Positions 23,450 through 35,694 of a DNA stretch of 64,000 nucleotides are shown piece by piece. The stretch covers positions 124,001 through 188,000 of the forward strand of contig OY253672.1 of NCBI GenBank assembly GCA_958009085.1. Direction: 5' to 3'. Within the stretch, counting starts at the first letter, position 1. Each line of letters starts with the position of its first letter. The notes beneath the pieces are model-generated. The model had not been told where the DNA came from and did no database searches. It saw nothing but the letters and a program-made list of their open reading frames with translations. This DNA is from Protoeuglena noctilucae (taxonomy: Eukaryota). A program made the position numbers and the translations under genes.

Positions 23450-24392
23450 CACGCTGGTGGAGAGGAGGTTCTTGGGGGCTGCAGCCTCCCATCGGTGTGC
23501 AAGGGACAGGGGCCCCAGGGCGCGCTGCTGCAGCAGACCCGGGGCACCTCGCAGGGGCTCGCCGCCCAGCCGCAGCGGCTGCGACGCGCCCCTGCCTCTG
23601 GTCGCCGCACCGACGCCGTTGGGCCCAAACTGAGCCCCAGCAGCCTGCCCTTGTGCCACACCCAGCACCCCCCGACTCCCCCGGGCGCCCGGCCCTGCTG
23701 CCGTCACACTCCCCCAGCCACTGCCGTCCCCAAAGTCTCCGAACGATCCCCACGCCTCGTCGTCCGCCTCCCCTACCAGCGACGCATGCAGGTCTTTCCC
23801 CGCTGGGCCCTTCCGTGCCCCCTGGCTTGCAGGCGTGGGTATGGGCGCCTTGGGAGCGATCCCAGACGCTTCCCTGCGCCTGCCTCCCTCGTCGCTCTCG
23901 CGGCTCGCCGGGCCCGCGGCAGCAGCCAGCGGCGACCTGCCTGCCGCCCCCGGCCCCAGACCCAGCGCCCCAATGTGCTGAGACAGGGGTGCGCCTGCTG
24001 AGTCCAGTGCTCCCGTGGCCTGTCCTGGCCTGGGCCCCGCCTGCCCACTCCCAGCAGCCCCGCCAGCCTGCCCACCCGCGCTCCCCGCGCTCGCGGCCCC
24101 AAGCATTGGCATAGGTTCCGGCACTCGCCCGCCGGGCTGGGCTGGCCCGACAGGCCCCACCTTCTCCTCGGGTGCTGTGGCGGCGTCCATGGTCCTGGCG
24201 TTGGCCTCCAGCGCCGCCGCCAGAGCCGCGTCACGCCCTGGTCTGCGTCGATGGCGGCATTGGCAGCGGCGGGCATGACGCGCTGGGCGAGCTCGCCGGG
24301 GGAGTAGAACTCCAGGGTGGCGGCGAGGGCGCGGAGGGACGCTGGGAGGGGACGCGGGAGGCCACGTCACGCAGCACACGAGGAGGTGAGCC
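23450..24392 (-). pseudogene. Duplicated 3' fragment of SCYL1 (last exon plus part of preceding intron)
   Basis: 23503-24392 aligns with 44290-45200, with an 18-bp deletion, a 4-bp frameshifting deletion near 24232 and scattered SNPs. Diverged homology continues to ~23450. Confidence 0.93.
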
Positions 24393-24466
24393 ATGGGCAT
24401 GGGTCACACCGACTGGCGTGTTCATCCGTTCTTCCTTCTTCAACACCTAACCTATGCGTGACCCCA

Positions 24467-26749
24467 TCACACGGTGGGCAGGCCGTGGCCCTGGCCGGAG
24501 GGCTTTGGCGGCTCGTACCCGCCGTACCCGGGCTGTGCGGGGGCGCTGGCTCCCTCCGCTCCCTCGGGGCGGTACGCATACTGGCTGTGGGGCTGGGCCG
24601 CAGCGTGAGGGAGCTGCGGCGTGCCATAGACGGGTGCTCCGTACCCGGGAGCGACGGGGCTGCCGTACATGATGGGGCCAGGCTGCGTGGCGCGCACGGG
24701 CGCCACGGGCTGCGGGGGCGAGGCCGGGACGGTCGCGGCGGCGGCGGCATCGCTGCGGCGGGGCGACCCTGCTCCCCCTGCCGCACCTGCGCCACGAAGA
24801 TGCCGGGGTTCTTGGCGAAGACGTCGTGGACCTCTGCGTTGGAGACCTGGCTGGTGTCGCGGTCGATGGCGTAGCAGAGGAAGACGGCGTCGAGGCAGTT
24901 GAGGAGGACGCGGCCGAGGCCGTCCATGATGGCGAGGGTGAGGAGGAAGCAGACGAGGGCGACGGCGAAGATGGGCCCGCCGGGGCTGGAGCGGCGGTGC
25001 CAGGAGAACCAGGCGATGGCGGCGCAGACGCATGCCCAGCAGAGGGAGAGGACGAGGGAGAGCATGGAGACGACCACGCCGGGCAGCCACCAGACGGTGA
25101 AGGCGTCGAGGGCGTTGCGCTTGAGGAGCTCGATGGCCGACCGGCCGGCCTCGACGAAGCGCTCACCGGAGATGGCCGACATGAGCGTGGCGAACTTGGT
25201 CAGGTACCTGCGGGCGAGGCGGCGGGGCGGGTGCGGGTGCGGGTGCGGGTGCGGGCGGGGCGAGCCGGCACGCGCGCGGTCGGCGGGCGGCTCACTCGAT
25301 GAGGTCGGCCATGCAGGAGAGGATGCAGGCAGCGAGGAAGCCGCAGATGCCGTTGTTGCGCTGCCGCCGCGCGGCCTGGCGCAGCTGCTGCACGACGACC
25401 ATGATGGCGCCGCCCATGCAGATGGAGCCGAACTGGGGCCCGAGGGCGTGCCCGAGCGACCGCATCAGGTTGCCGCGTAAGTCGGTCTGCTCGGCCGGGG
25501 CGAAGTACCACTGCGGGGAGGGAGGCGGCGGGTGAGGCGGGCGATGGTGGGCGGGCGGGTGAGGGGCTGCCGGCGGCACGTGCCTGCGCGATGGTGCCTC
25601 CGATGGTGAAGATGCGGATCTGGTAGAAGTTCATGACGGTCCAGAGGAAGGCGAGGGATGCGAAGAAGAAGTAGACGCTGGCGGCCGAGGAGGGCTGCCA
25701 GGCGCAGCAGTCGACCTGGGCCCCGCTGGCGTCGACGCAGCGGCCCAGCTGCACCGAGACGCCCGACGCGCGGACGACCTGACCGTTCTGGGCCGCGCCG
25801 TAGAGGAGGGCGATGAGGGGGACGAGGAAGGCGGCGAGGGCCACGTTGAGGGCCACGGCGAAGGGCACGATGGCCCAGTTGGCGCGGAGGCCCTTGCTCG
25901 ACACCGTGAGCAGCTGGCCCACTGCGGGGAGGGGGCGGGGACGGGGTCGGGGAGGGCGGGGGCGCGCGTGGGGGTGTTCGGCTGGCTGCGGCGCCCCTTA
26001 CCGTACGCGAGGCGCTCTCGGATGCACCAGAAGAGCCCCGCGATGGCGAGGCCGACGATGAGGAGGAAGACGCCGGACCCCACGGGGCCCGTGATGAGGA
26101 AGAGGACGCCCAGGGCGATGGGGAGGGCCACTTTGATGCCGATGGCGATGCGGGTCATGCGGACGCCGTCCCGCGAGTAGCCGACGATGACCAGCCACCC
26201 CACGGCCAGGCCCACGGCCAGCGAGGCCGCCAGGAGGCCCGCGGCCAGGCGGAAGAAGTCGTCCGGCGTCACCTCGGCCTTGGCGGCCGCCAACGAGCGA
26301 CGACCGCCCGCGGGGCAGCTTGCGGGGCTCTGGGCGAAGGAGCTGTCGTTTATGAGCCGCGCGTAGTCGGGGTTGCGGCGGGCTGCCAGCGCCACGCCCC
26401 ACACAAACGTCAGCAGCAGGAGCAGGGCCCAGCCCACCGTCCACGCCACGTCAGTGCGCTGGCGCCGGACGCGGCGATAGGGGCCTGGGGGCGGGGTGAC
26501 CGGTAGCGGGGTCCAGCGAGGGGCGAGTAGTCCCGACGCCAGCGCGAGCGTCGCACGCTTCTCACCTGGACCAAGCTCGGAGCCGCCCTGAGGCCCGGGT
26601 TGACCCCCAGGCATGCCCGACGTGCCGGGCATGGCGCTGCAGGGGGCGGAGGGAGGGAGCGCGTGGGAAGGCGTGCCGGGCAGCCCGCAGGGTCGCCCCG
26701 CGCGCAACTCCCGACGTGCTCCTCGCCACAACTGGAAGAACGTCACCAT
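24467..26749 (-). CDS. Choline transporter-like (CTL/SLC44/PNS1 family) membrane protein
   Basis: RQRTDVAWTVGWALLLL, multiple TM helices, IAQWYF...RSLGHALGPQFGSICMGGAI, MSAISGERFVEAGRSAIELLKRN, LNCLDAVFLCYAIDRD, and a Pro/Tyr-rich tail. Confidence 0.9.
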
Positions 26750-27640
26750 TTCCGATCCACGACTTCACGCAGCGAGGCCTGCCCCGGCTCCGCGGGCCCA
26801 ACCTAACCTCAACGTTCCCAGGTGCGCCATGCACCTGCCCCACGCCTTCGACATGTCGTCGGGGACGCGCCTCCCTCGACCAGTCACGTCCACGCCTCCC
26901 GAAAAGAGCCCTGCGTCCCGACAGAGGAAGCTAAAGCTCGGGCCGCGGGGACTGGGGGGTCGACGCCCCGTGCTCACGCGCCAGCCACGCCGCGGTTGCA
27001 AACAGCGCACGCAAACAGCGACGCAGAACGACAACGGCTGACCTGCCGCGCGGGCTGCGCTGTGTTGGCTTGCAGACGTGAGCTCGCCGATGCCGACAGC
27101 GCTCTCTCCGAATCACACGCAAGATGTCGCGATCGCGGGGCGACGGTGCTGTTTTCGAACCTTTCCTCGGTGCCAGTCATCCGTGCCTGAAACAAATGGC
27201 GGGGCATCTCGGCGCGCGACGTCCGCCGGCCCGCCCATGGACGCCCGACTTGTCGCCGGGAGCCTGCGATGCGGATTCTTTCGGGCGCGAGTAGGCAGGC
27301 GGAGGGGCCGCTGTGAAAGAGCGCTGACGCGCATCCGGGCGTCCGGCGAGGGCGCGACTGCTGTGGAGGACTATATACTGCCGCTGGGACAGGCGAGCTC
27401 CCCTGTGCGGCCACGGGATGCGCGCGGGCGAGGCCTGGTCGAAATCTGACTTTGTAGCCGCGCGCGAGGACCGACGGGTCGCGCTCCGGTGTCCCCCGTG
27501 GCTCGGTGCTGATATCGTTTCGATCGCGACCTCGGCCGGCACCTTTCCCGCCGCGGTGGTGGCGGGGACGCGAAACTTAGGGCACCCTGGCGGAGCGCGC
27601 GGGGACGGGCGCCCCGGGACCGCTCCCCGTCAGCGGCAGC

Positions 27641-30360
27641 ATGAGATTCGGCACACGCGACCGGGCGGAGGGCCCTCGGGATTTCCCGCGTTCGCCCGGG
27701 GGGGATGCCCGCGTCGCGCCCTGGGGGACGTGGCGCCCGGGTTCTAGCGGGGCGGGGTGCCCTAATTCGACGCAACGCACCGTGTCTGTGGTGGCGGACC
27801 TCGCGCGCGCGATCCCACGGCCCCGTTTGGAGCGGGTTGTCATCCCTGGCGCTTGCTCCGCCCTCGCCCGGCCAACCGCCCCCCGCACCCCCCGAGCGTG
27901 TCCTTTGCTGACGGATATAGCGTCCGAGACGCCTCCGCGAGACGGCCCCGCCCCTGTCCCGTTGCCTGCGCAGGACCCGCTCCGGAGCGCAGTTCCCGGG
28001 CGTCCACGCGAGGAGCCGATGCCCGTCATCATGGCGCAGGTCCGCGGTCGCGAGCGTGCGCACGAGACGTCAACATCCCAGCGCTCGATGCCGGACGCGC
28101 CCGCGCCCCTACGCCCACGCAGGAGGCCCTGGGCCCGCAGCTGTCGTCGTCCGGATCCACGCAGCTCTTCGCGCCCGGCCACGAGGACCTGGCGGCGACC
28201 AAGCGCGGCCAGGGCACGTCCGTCTCGAGTGCCATGGTCGACGACGGCGCGCCCGGGGACGCCACGATCCGCAGCGCCGGGGTGCGTCGCAGCCCGGGGG
28301 GGGGGGGGGTGGGTGAGTGGGAGTGGTCACGGCGCCGCAGCCGCCGCAACGCCATGGCCCGCGCTGTCTCACCGACGCAGGACATGAGCGCGAGGCTGTC
28401 GGAGCCCCAGGCCGCAGCGCAGCCGCTGCGCCCGGCCCCGGCCCCGGCCCCCACCCCCTTCCTGGCCACGTCCCATTCCGGAGCTGCCCCCGAGGCCCCT
28501 CCCCACGCCCGGTCGTCGGTCGTGCCCGTGCAAGACGTGTCTGGCGCTGCGCCCCTCGGCGCGTCCCCCCTGGGCGCATCCCCACCACACTCTGCACCGG
28601 CGCCACGCTTCGCCCCCGCCCCCCCGCCCGCCGTCCTCCCGCCCCCGAGCGCGACGGCCGCAGTCAGGCTAGGGCCTGGTCTGAGCAACGGCCTAGGTAT
28701 GGTGGCAGCAGCTGGCGCGGGGGCTCACCCCGCGCTCCGCGTCCCACCCGGGCGGTCCCTGGGTCCCAGGTGTGTTTGGGGGGCCAGCCCGGGACCCATG
28801 CAGCCGTCGCCGAGGCCCCTCGCGACCGCGACGCACCCCGCGCGCAGGTCCGCGGAGGGCAAGGGTCCGGCGTCAATGGGCATGGCGGGTCCGACCGCGC
28901 TGGGTGCCGCAGCCCCGGGGCCGGGCCCCCGCCCGCCGGGCCAGGCAGAGGGGCCCCGTGCGCAGGCGCCCCCCTTCCTGGCCGGGATGGGCATGCTGGG
29001 CATGCACCCGTTGCTGCAGATGGCGTGGGGGCCCTTCAGCGCCCACCTGGGCCCCCACCGCGCCGCCCAGCTCCAGCGCTACCGCTACAAGCGCATGCTG
29101 CGCCTCCAGGCCCTGGCGCGCGGGGAGCGCAAGATCCGCTACCAGTGCCGCAAGCAGCTGGCCGACGCGAGGCCACGGGTCAAGGGGCGCTTTGCCAAGA
29201 TCCACGGGCCGGACGGCCTGCTGGCCAAGCAGGCGGCGGGGGGGGAGGAGGAGGGCGCGCCGGGGCCGGTGAGGGGCGGAAACGTGGCGGCCGGTCGCCG
29301 ATCGCCCCCCAGGCCGGCCCTCTCCCGCCACCCGTCCCTCTGCCCCCCCGCGCAGGTGGGGGCGGCTGTTCACGAGGCGGGCCCCCCGGCAATGGAGGCC
29401 AAGTCGACGTCGTCCGGCAGCGCCAAGAGCACGTCCGCGGAGAGGGGGACGGGCGGGGCGGAGATCTCCGGGGCGGGGCCGGGGAGCCCGGGGAAGGGGA
29501 TGCGTCGGTCGCGGAGCAAAGTGGGGCTGAACAAGGGCCTGGAGGTGCCCTCGCTGGTGAAGGGTCCCAAGGTGAGGGGCCAGGTGGGCGGGACGATGGG
29601 GCGTCGTGTCAGGGGCGTCTTGCCGCAACGTTCCTGTGTCTCCGCACACCGCAGCTGGCCCAGAAGGTGGCGGTGCGCCGGCCCCCCCGCGGGGGCGCCG
29701 TGGCCAAGCCGGGGCACGAGAGCGCCTTCCTGCGCGCCGCGGGTGGCATGGGCGCCATGAGCCGCGTCATGTCTGAGATGGACCTCAGCCAGCTGGACCA
29801 GCAGGGTGGGTGCTGCTGGCATGCGGGGAGCGGTGCGCATCCCCGGTGCATGGGCTGCGCAGACGCCCACACGCCGTCTCGCTGTGGCACCCGCAGCGGA
29901 GAGCGCCCTGGACGACATTGGTCTCGGAAACTGGTCGGGCGAGGGACTGGAGGACCAGGGGCTGGCGTTCCCGGGGGCGGGGGTGGTGGGCGATGCGGAC
30001 GATTACCTGGGCACGCTGAGGTGAGGGGCAGGGAGCAGGATGGATGATCTGGGCACGCTGAGGTGAGGGGCAGGGAGCAGGATGGATGACCTAGGCACGC
30101 TGAGGTGAGGGCCAGGCTCTCTTCTGAGCGTTGGCTGGGGTGGGATGGCGGCTCCTTGGGGTCTTTACCCCGTGACACCCACGCCTTCCCCCCGCAGCAA
30201 ACGCGAGGCGCACGTGCTGCTGCGGGAGGTGGCGGCGGCGGACATGCGCCGATCCTTCTCTGACACCAACCTCCTGACGCTCGACACGTCCCGCCTCGAC
30301 TTCGAGAGCACCCTCGACCCGCTGCACGAGGACGACGAGTTCGCGCTCCCCTGGCGATGA
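27641..30360 (+). CDS. CCT-motif protein (CONSTANS/TOC1 C-terminal motif); start uncertain
   Basis: RAAQLQRYRYKRMLRLQ...RKIRYQCRKQLADARPRVKGRFAK at ~29059-29200; spliced exons run to ...DDEFALPWR*. No B-box or receiver domain seen. Confidence 0.85.
30007..30110 (+). repeat. 42-bp tandem repeat (~2.5 copies) spanning an exon/intron donor
   Basis: Unit CTGGGCACGCTGAG|GTGAGGGGCAGGGAGCAGGATGGATGA(T/C). Confidence 0.9.
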
Positions 30361-30605
30361 GGGGCCGCGCAGCATCAGATCCATCGGTTCCCCTGATCAC
30401 ATCCTTTTTCCTTTTTGCTCCCGGGGCCCCGCACCCACGCGTCTGCCTTTGCGGCCCCCTTACCACTGACGCCCCGCGCCCATCCACGGCCCGCGCATCT
30501 AATCTCCACAGCCCGCCACTTGAAGGCTCCACTTCAAGCACGCAAGCGCAGGCGCAGCTTGCCACGACACAGCGTGCGGCCAGCCCCGCGCCGCGCCTGC
30601 CTCCC

Positions 30606-33600
30606 TCACGCGGCCTTCTTGGCAATGAGGACGATGGAGGAGAAGGGCGCGACGGAGAAGGCGGCCTCGACGCCCCGGTTGCCACCCACGGTGAAGTCGC
30701 GGGGGCTGGGGAGGTTGGTGTCCACCACGCGGCACCACTTGGTGCCCGGGGGGGGCGGGGGCAGCGGGGCCTGGACGTGGAAGCCGTGGCTGTTGAGGGC
30801 CACGTAAAGGTCGCCCTCCCCGGACCTGGGGCGAGGGCGCGGCGCAGCGCGTGGGTGCAGCAGGCGAGGCAGCGGGGTGGGCGGAGAGCGGGGCAGTGCG
30901 GGACTCGCCCGTGCAGCGTGAAGGCGAGGAAGCGCGACTCGGCGTTGCTCCAGTCGTCCTCGTGCCACGTGACCTCCCCGTGCCCGGCGAAGCGGTCCAC
31001 GCCCAGCAGGGGGTGGCTGCGGCGGAAGGCAATCAGCTCCGACACAAAGCGGAAGAAGGCGGCGCCGCGTGGTTGGTTGAGGGCGTCCCAGTCGAACCAC
31101 GTCAGGTCTGCGGGAGAGGGGCAGGGAGGAGTGACCCACGTCATGTCTGCGGGAGACGGGCAGCGGGACACGCGGCGTGTCGGGCCCCACCACGCCTGCC
31201 GGTGCTGCTGCCCCTCCTGCGCAATCCCGTTGCTCTCATGCATGCACCCGCCCATCACCGAGTCATGCCCGCACCATTCCCTGTTCCCGTGCACCATGCC
31301 CTCACCGAGTCATGCATGCACCATGCCTTCACCCTATGCCCCCGCCCCTCACCCGAGTCGTGCCCGTACCAGTTGTTGTTCCCCCTCCTGGTGTGCAGGG
31401 CCTCGTCCCCCGACAGCAGCATGGGCGTCCCCCGCGACAGCAGCAGCAGCACCATGGCGTTGCGTGCCTGGCGCTCCCGCAGCGACACCACCCCCGCGTC
31501 GCCCGTCTCGCCCTCCGCGCCGCAGTTCCACGAGAAGTTGTCGTTGGTGCCGTCGCGGCCGCCCTCCCCGTTCGCCTCGTTGCGCTTGGTCGAGTACGAC
31601 ACCAGGTCCCAGAGGGAGAAGCCGTCGTGCGCCGTCACGAAGTTGATGCTGTGGCAGGGGCGCCGAGCGTTCACCTGCGGGCCAGTGCCCGGCCTCCCGT
31701 GTCCGTGTCACCTGCCAAGGGTGCTGCACCTCTCACCGACTGCCCCACGCTTGCGTCGCCCTCGCCTGGTACAGGTCCGCGCTCCCGCACAGCCGCGTGG
31801 CCAGCGCCGCCTTCACCCCCGCGTCCCCTCGCAGGAAGCGCCGCACGTCGTCGCGGTATCGCCCGTTCCACTCCGCCCACACGTCCCAGTTGGGGAAGGA
31901 GCCCACCTGGTATGCGCCTAAGAGGGGCAGGGGGTGGGGTGCGAGGGGTGGATGACAGGGCAGGAGGAGCATGCTGTGGGTTTGGAAGCGATGGCATGGC
32001 TCAGGGGGCGCATTGCGTGGCTGGCGATCCTTCCCACTTCCGCGTCCGCACCAATGTCCCATGGCTCCGCGATGAGCTTGACCTGGCTGAGGACGGGGTC
32101 CTTGGCGATGGCGCGGATGAGGGGCGGTGCTGGCAGCAGGTGCCCCCGGGCGTCGCGGCACAGCGCCGTGGCGAGGTCGAATCGGAATCCGTCGACGTGG
32201 TACTCCGTCACCCACTGGCGCAGGGAGTCGAGGATGAGGCGGGTGACGGCGGGGTGGTTGGCGTTGACGGTGTTGCCACAGCCAGAGTAGTTGAGGAGCT
32301 GCGTGTAGGCGTCTAAGGGGGGAAGGAGGGGCTCGCTGGGTCTCGCATGCACCGTCCCTGCTTACCCAGGTCTCGCATGCCGTGACCTGCTCATCTAAGT
32401 CTCGGATGCTGTGTCTCACATGCAGTGTCCCTGCTCACCCGTGTCTCGCATGTAGTATCCCTGCTCACCTGGGTCTCGCATGTAGTATCCCTGCTCACCT
32501 GGGTCTCGCATGTAGTAGACCTCGTTATCGATGCCGCAGAAGGAGATGAGGTAGGGGGCGTCGTCGCCACCCTCGGCCGTATGGTTGAACACCACGTCCA
32601 AAATGACACCGATGCCCTCGCCGTGGAGGGTCCTGAGAGAACAGGGGACGCTTCGCCTCACGTCTCCGCCACCTGTCCATGCCTACCCATGCCTCACTGC
32701 TCCTTCAACCCACCCCCACTCACCGCACCATCTCCTTCACCGCTCCCCACCCCACCCCCACTCACTGCGCCATATCCTCACCGCTCCCCACTCCACCCAC
32801 GCTCACCGCACCATCTCCTTGAACTCCCTCGCCGCCTCCGCCGCCCCCCGTCCCCCCGACCCCAGTCGCGACATGGGCGCCATGAAGCTGACATGGGAAT
32901 AACCCCACACGTTCATCATGTGCTCCCGGGGGTTGCAAGGCAGCCGCTTGAACTCCATCTCGTCCCACTCCAACACCGGCAGCAGCTCCACCGCCGTCAC
33001 ACTGCGCGACACGCGGGGCACGCCACGTGGCAGATCCCCCAGCCCCTCTCACCAAGGCAGCCCCTCCTCCCCAGCCCTGCCCCTTACCCGAGCTTCTTCA
33101 GGTGCCCCGCCTTGGCCGCCAGCCCCTGAAAGGTCCCCCGCTGGTCCTCCGGGAGCCCCGAGGAGGGCCCCGCCGTGAAGGGCCTCACGCCCACCTCGTA
33201 GATGACCAGGTCATCCCAGGGCAGCTCGGGTCGCTGGTACCCCTCACCCCAGTCGAAAGCGGGGCTGTCCAGGTCCATGGTACCCAGGAACACGCTCCCA
33301 CGCACCGGCTCAAAGCCCTCCACGTCGTCACGCACGCCGAAGCGGCGACGGCCGGACACCAGGGGGGCGTAGGGGTCCAGCAGCACCGCCTTGGGGTCCC
33401 ATCGCCCACCTGCGCAGGGCGCGGGGAGGCTCTCGTGAGGCGGGGGAACGCGTGCATCACCCATGCATCACCCATGCAAACAGGGCACGAGGCGAGAGCC
33501 CTGGCACTGGTGCTCCCTCACCCGTCTCCCAGCCGCCTTTCCCCTCCACGCGGTATCCGTACGTCAGTCCTGACCCAGGCAGGCCGTCCAGGTGCACGTG

Positions 33601-34133
33601 CCAGTGCGAGTCCGTGCGGTGGCAGGGCACCTCCGCCAGGGGCTGGTGCTCGCCATCGAAGATGCACAGGGTCACGCGGGTGGCGTGCTCGGAAAAAAGC
33701 GAAAAGTTGACGCCCGAAGGAGTCTTGGAGGGGCCTGTGGCGCGAGGAGGCCGGGCTCAGGGGGCAGCTGGAGCGCTGGGCCATCGCGGATCGCCCGGGC
33801 GGATCCGCAGCAAACGAAAGAAAGACACCGACTTTTCGTGACTAAAGGCGTCGACTGCCGCGAGCCGCGGACTGGCTCACCCAGCGGTTCGGGAGCGCCG
33901 GGAGATGTTGACGTGAAGGGCGCCTCGCTTGAGGAGAGCTCCACATCGCGGGCCTCCAGAGACCTCGCGCGCGGAGCGATGGTATCGCGGGGTCGGACGT
34001 GACCGGTACGGGCTGGATGAGGTGCAGGCGAAGGCGGGGCAACGCGCCAAGTTCCCAACCAAGTTCTGAGTTGCGAGGTGGCCCTCCCGCCTGCCGGGCA
34101 GGCAGCCGGCGCGCGCGTCGGAATCGCAAGCAT
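30606..34133 (-). CDS. ISA3: Isoamylase 3-type starch debranching enzyme (GH13), plastid transit peptide
   Basis: [96 protein letters not shown] and [10 protein letters not shown]. Confidence 0.93.
32340..32517 (-). repeat. 30-bp decaying tandem repeat of an exon end plus 5' splice site inside ISA3
   Basis: Minus-strand unit TACTACATGCGAGACCCAG|GTGAGCAGGGA, three good copies then degenerate ones. Confidence 0.88.
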
Positions 34134-34361
34134 CGATCTGGGTTCACGGCTGTGGGGATCCGCCGTCTGGGTCAGGGCGAGCGAGTTTCAATGCACGAAG
34201 GTGTCAGCCCTCTCTGCCCGGGCAAGCGGCGTCCGGATCCGCTGACCAAGTGCGCACGAAAGTTGACGATGATCCAAGTGTCCGCCAAGCAGCCGTCCCG
34301 ACCCACTTGGTGGGTTCATGAGAACGGCGAGACCTCTGGCACCGACACATGCGTTGAGTGC

Positions 34362-35694
34362 TCACTCTAGCGTGAAGAACTTGGCTCGCTTCCTGCGCCA
34401 GCAGAGACGAACGTCGCTTCAGAAACGGTCAGCAACGCCCCCCTCCGCTGCCGCTCCCCGCAATGCTCACCCGCTGGGTGCCTTTGGCCGCTTCCTCGCC
34501 ACCCACGGCCGCTCACTCCCGCTCTCCTCGGCTCCCCCGACCCTCGGCAGCTCTCTCGCGCTGAACGTCCTCTCCTGCGGTCCTGCCTTGGAGAGGAAGG
34601 CCGCCAGCACCGCGTCCATCTCCCCGCCACCGCCACGCCCCCGCCGCTTCCCACGCCCACGCCCGCTGGCCTTCGCCCCGCCCCCACCGTCCCCCATCAA
34701 CGCCTCCAAGCCCAGATGCCGCGCCCATGCCTCGTGGCCACCCTCCCCAGAGGACACCGACTGGGAATCTGACTCAGCAGACTCTTTGCTTCCTGCATGA
34801 GCTGGCTGGGCAGGGGCTCTCGATGCCATTGCCGCCTTCCCCGGCAGCTCCCAGTCCCCGGCTTCTATCTCCCTCTCCCGCTCCCGCCGCGCCACCCCGC
34901 GAATCGCCTCCACGACGTGGGCGGGAGGCGCCCCGGCCAGCGCCACGCGCCGCCGCTCCCGAGCCAGGAACACCGCCTCGTCGAAGGAGGACGCGTCGCT
35001 GTCAGCGCCGCCGTCGCCATCGCTGTCGCCGTCGCTGTCACCGGCCAGACCTGCATTGCCGGGCCCGTCTCCCCGGGGAAGGAAGCGCTCCACGGCGACG
35101 GGGGACCCGGAGCGCACGGCCGGGCGGAGCGCGGGCCTTGCGGCCGCGCGTCCTGTTGCCGTCGGCGCCGCGTCGCGCTTCTCTGCCGCTTGCTGCAGTT
35201 CGTCGGCGCGTATCTCCTCCTGCACCCGACGCAGGAAGCAGGGCCGGGCGGGGGCCACGCGCAGCATGTGGCCGCGCCACTTGGCGTGGTTGTAGCTTGC
35301 CAGGCACCGGGCCATCGCCTGGGAAGGGAGCCGGCAGGGGATGCATGGGCAACAGAGACGGCCTGCAACCATCACGGGACTCGGGGTGCCTCCCAATCAG
35401 GGGCACGTTGGTACATTGACTTGCCTTGTCATCCGCAGGTTCCAAGTCCAGGAAGGCGAAGCCGCGGCAGCGGGACCCGGCCCCGTTGGGCTCCTTCTCT
35501 GGCCGGACGTCCACCTGCGCTCACCACAGCCCGCCGCAGTTTGCCCGGCGGGCACTTGAGCCCCTCCGTCATCGGACGCGCCCCCCCGGCCTCACCGATA
35601 GCACTTTCCCGAACGGCCGGAAGCGTGCGACCAGGTCTGCGGCTGTGATGTCCGCGGGCAGGCCGCCCACGAACAGGCGCGTCGTTGCTGCCAT
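34362..35694 (-). CDS. NOL8: Nucleolar protein 8-like RRM protein
   Basis: MAATTRLFVGGLPADITAADLVARFRPFGKV...CRGFAFLDL...RCLASYNHAKWRGHMLRVAPARPCFLRRVQEE, an N-terminal RRM of NOL8/Nop8 type. 3' end approximate. Confidence 0.75.

Noticed and set aside
6453..24392. Cassette B as one large transposon
   Set aside because: No terminal inverted repeats, LTRs or target-site duplication at 6453/24392; both ends are fragments of host genes.
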